Shown here piece by piece: positions 60,441 through 64,000 of a DNA stretch of 64,000 nucleotides. Source of the stretch: Bilabrum cf. latius (Eukaryota); NCBI GenBank assembly GCA_965178125.1, contig OZ237759.1, positions 310,001-374,000 of the forward strand, read 5' to 3'. The notes beneath the pieces are model-generated. The model saw only the letters and a program-made list of their open reading frames with translations. It was not told where the DNA came from and ran no database searches. A program made the position numbers and the translations under genes. The first letter of the stretch is position 1. Every line of letters starts with the position of its first letter.

Positions 60441-61188
60441 GGGTGCTCTCTGCCCGAGCCGAGGGTTTTCTTCTTTTCGGCTCGGGCTATGGTATTTTGC
60501 TCTTTTGGTGGCTGCTTGCTTGCTAATTAGAATTGGCGCTGCCGCCTGTGTGCCGTTTGACCGCCCATGCAGCGGGTCGGAGGCTTTCACAACGCACGCA
60601 ATCCAACCTTTCTTCTGAGTGGGTCTGCCCTCTTCGGCGGACGCGGGAGTCGCGCCCCGGGCCTGTCCGTCGGCCGTGACAGCCGCCTCGCGAGTGTGCT
60701 TGCTGCCGATCCGGGCAGCCCCACTCTGGCCGGGCCGCCGCTTCCTTCTGCTGTCCGTGGCAAGCACTTGCTCGGAGCGCAATTGGAATAATTTCTTGGT
60801 TTGGTGGATAATATATCGTTCGACAGAGTTCGGACGTTCGCGGCGAGTGATGCCGATGCGGGATTGCGAGGTGGAGGCGCTGAGGCAGTTCTGATCGCGC
60901 ACCTGCCACGCAGTGCCCAAGTCATGCCTCAACCCCTGAACCTACTAGTATGGCATGCTATTTCTGCTAACCGCTTGCTGCTATTTCGCCTGCCTTCTGC
61001 ATCGATTCAGTATTGACAGCATCGGCGCCCCATTTTTCTTGCTGTCGGCTTCTCGTTTGCAGCTGAGCCATCATGGTCGCAGCAGTACATCGATCACAGG
61101 GCAAGAGCGGGTTTCGTTATGCCGGATTGGCATCATTGGTATCGCACACCGCCTGTGCTTTCAAGACCGCCAAGCTAAAGCACCCGCC

Positions 61189-62883
61189 TCATTCATCCTG
61201 GGACTCGCGCAAATAAGCAAACGCCGGCTCGAATTTCTATCCCGGGTATCCCTCCAAAGCACTGGGCGATCCACTATTCAAATACGACCTCCAGATACGT
61301 GATAGCGAACCCTGCTGTCTCAGCTCCAGGTTGAGGTCTGATACTCTCAACATCCTGGCCATGGGCCGCATGTAGGACGTCTCGATGCTCCACAGGTACT
61401 CCCCGCTACCCATGTCCACGAATGCCAGATCGCCCACGCGGTCGCACTCCTCCCCCGTGATGACGAGTGCGCACTTCTGGGCCTTGCCCTGGGTATCCGT
61501 CTTCCAGTCGATGTCTCCGTTCGATTTCGTCTTCACCAGGTTGCAGTCGTCCTGCACCGTCAGAGAGGCCTTGCTGTCGCCCCCCTTCCGGAGCGCCTGC
61601 CCCATGGCCAGCACCTCGGAGTCCCACAGAGTGTCCCCCCTGGCGGCAGGTCGCTTAGCAAGCGCCCTGGGGTCGCAGCGATGCACCGCCCCTTCGATGG
61701 CCGCCTGCAGCGCCGCCGTCTTGCGACCATTGCCCAAAGTCTTATCGTCGTGAGGACTATCGAGGTCCGCCGACCCCGCCGACCACACGATCGCACCTCC
61801 CTGCTGGAACAGGACGGCGTTGCCGTCCCCCTGCAGACGAAGGGTATCTGCACCCGGATCCATCAGCGAGGCAGGCACCCTCCAGATGTACTGCCCGGAG
61901 GCGCTGTCCACGATGGCCAGGTCGCCCTGGGTGTCGCACCCGTCCCCCGTGATGACGAGTGCGCACTTCCCCTCGGTACCCTTGTCCCTCGTGTTGGTTG
62001 CAAACACGTCCTTGCCCCCTCGGTACACCACCAGGTTGCAGTCTCCCTGCATGCGCAGCTCGACCCCCTCGCCCGCTTTCAAGGCATCCCCGGCCCGCAG
62101 CACCTGCCCCGGAGACAGCACGTCGCGGTCGGTCACTTGGTGGTATGACGATTGCAGGGCCCCTGCATCGCATTGCAGACTGTGCACGTCCTCCCGCACC
62201 TCCAGATCGTAGTAAAAGTACCCCGCACGATTCGGAAGGTGCGTCAAATATTCGGTGCTCCATAGCAGCTGCGCGCCTTCCTGAAGGAGAACGGCAACAC
62301 TGTCCCCCTGGACCAGAAACGTGTCGACTTTTGGTGTGAAGACAGAGGATTGCACACGCCAGAGGTACTTACCTGTATCCGTGTCGATGATGGCCAGGTC
62401 TCCATCCGTGCTGCACGATGCATCGGTCAAGATCAACGCACAGTGGTTGGCCTGCTCCGAGCCGTCGGAGTTGCCCGAGTAGAACTAGTCCCCACTGGGA
62501 TGGCCAATACTGTCATACTCTCCATAAACGACCAGCTTGCAGTCAGCCCGGAGCCACACCCTCGTCGGACCCTTGGACAAGGCGTTATCAAGCATGGTCA
62601 TGGCGGAATGTAGAATCTCGCCCCTCCGGAGTCTGTCGCCCTCAGCCGGCTTCCTCGAAGCCAAGGCCTTGACATCGCAAGAGTACGTGTCAATTTTGTC
62701 AATGTTCAGGAGTGCCTCCCACCTGGTGCGGCTATGTTGCCTGCTGCTGGCGCGGACCGAGGCCAACGACGTAGATCTAGAGCCAGCGCTGCGAAGGTGC
62801 TGCTGGCCTGCTGCTCGTCGCCCGTGCACAGTTACCGCCGAGCAGGCGGCGAGAGCTACCAATATTGTAACGATTGATTGCAT
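61189..62883 (-). CDS. Secreted protein with three bulb-type (B-)lectin domains, 564 aa
   Basis: Signal peptide MQSIVTILVALAACSAVTVHG; MQGDCNLVVY, LQGDGNAVLF and VQDDCNLV motifs (QxDxNxVxY family). Confidence 0.85.
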
Positions 62884-62959
62884 CCCTATAGATCTGAGGT
62901 TGGTGCAACCGTTGTGTTACTTCACTGCAGTGGGCGGCAAGGAAGTCGCGAGTGGCCGC

Positions 62960-63270
62960 CGCGCCGCGCCGGCGGCACTGGCAGCGGAACCTTCAAGTTG
63001 GGCTGCGGCGGACGGCGGCCTTGTACGAGCCAAACTTTCGGCTTGGGCCTGGGAAAACTTCGTCCAAGCATTGCATTTATATTCAAACAAGATTTGCCGC
63101 GATGTCAGAGATCACGCCCAAGCGGAACTCTCGGCTCGGGCGCGGTTAAAATTTATAAACACAATCGGCTTGGGCGAACTTGTACCAGATCAATTCAAAA
63201 GTTTGGCTCGTGCACGACCGCCGTTCGCCACTGACAAGGCTCCGCGGCGGCGCCCCGTGGCAGCGGGGGG
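62960..63270. repeat. Host MITE-like repeat with inverted arms
   Basis: Left arm ~63005-63068 and right arm ~63169-63230 are imperfect reverse complements; both resemble 60263-60365. Confidence 0.7.
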
Positions 63271-63407
63271 TGGGGCGACCTGACGCGCACTGCGAGTAAA
63301 TAAATACTCACAAAGTAACGCAACCGGTGGCAGTGGCTGCGCATCTGCGGACGAGTTCTAAAGACAAACTTGTTGATCACATACAGAAAGCCACTGCCCC
63401 GCCATAA

Positions 63408-64000
63408 TCACCGGAGCTTCGCCATGGCCGCCTGGACCGCCCCGGCAGCTCCCTTCTTGCCGTTGCACCTCCCTGCGAGGTAGCTTGTCGCCTTGGCTCC
63501 CAGCAGCCGGATCTCATCCCTGTGGCCCGCCAGCTTGGTGGCCATGCAGGCGACCACCAGGGCAGTGACCCATACGCTCCTGACATCCTCCTTGCTGAGC
63601 CCTCCCGCCCAGGGCGCGGCAGACGGCACATCTGCGAGGATCGCCTTAACCGCTCCCATGTCTCTGACCATGAGGATTGCGCGCAGCTGCTCGTCAGTGG
63701 CCACGAAGGACCCGTCGGCCTGCTGCGCCTGCACCACCTGGTCCAGCGACCTTGCCACCTCCGCTGCACTAGGCCCCCCCGCGGCCCCCTCCTCCGCTTC
63801 CTCCTCCTCGGCCTCCTCGATGGCATCGTCAGTGTCGTCCTCGTCCAGCGCCCCGCCGCGGGACAGCCGGTCCGCGCTGGCCACCGAGCTAAAGTCGCTG
63901 TGGTCACTGCCGGCCTCGGCCACGGCCATGCCGTCGGGGATGGCAGCCGCCCAGCTTCCGCCCAGAGCCATCGAATCCAGCTCTGCACCTGCTCCTGCCC
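63408..64000 (-). CDS. C-terminus of a VWA5A/VIT-VWA-like protein (5' part outside the window)
   Basis: LDQVVQAQQADGSF...VWVTALVVACM..KL..HRDEIRLLGAKATSYL. Confidence 0.7.
   Translation of the reverse strand, partial: AGAGAELDSMALGGSWAAAIPDGMAVAEAGSDHSDFSSVASADRLSRGGALDEDDTDDAIEEAEEEEAEEGAAGGPSAAEVARSLDQVVQAQQADGSFVATDEQLRAILMVRDMGAVKAILADVPSAAPWAGGLSKEDVRSVWVTALVVACMATKLAGHRDEIRLLGAKATSYLAGRCNGKKGAAGAVQAAMAKLR

Noticed and set aside
1-64000. TAG as pyrrolysine or occasional readthrough
   Set aside because: Too frequent, includes tandem TAG-TAG codons, and interchanges with CAG.
23100-64000. Numerous overlapping short ORFs in the GC-rich region
   Set aside because: Expected from high GC; they overlap the recognisable genes in other frames or strands.

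Overview
The window joins two compartments. Positions 1-~22315 are an AT-rich, intronless, gene-dense endogenous virophage whose left end lies outside the window. It encodes a virophage-type major capsid protein, packaging ATPase, rve integrase with chromodomain, tyrosine recombinase, a PrimPol plus UL9-like SF2 helicase replication protein, a C5 DNA methyltransferase, a TET/JBP-like dioxygenase fused to an FkbM methyltransferase, a SET protein, an HNH-like nuclease, two RING proteins, a tRNA-Met-like gene and a permuted tRNA-like RNA. It appears to end in a 58-bp perfect palindrome. Positions ~23.7-64 kb are GC-rich eukaryotic host DNA with few short spliceosomal introns (symplekin, TAF6, NDUFA6, OXNAD1, TatB-like, syntaxin, ankyrin, Ran-binding domain, B-lectin and VWA5A-like genes). 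A Cafeteria-like protist host is an inference only. In both host and virus TAG behaves as a sense codon, most likely Gln, while TAA and TGA are the stops, so the supplied ORF track fragments most real genes. CDS coordinates below assume TAG=Gln. All family assignments come from motifs recognised by eye; no searches were run.
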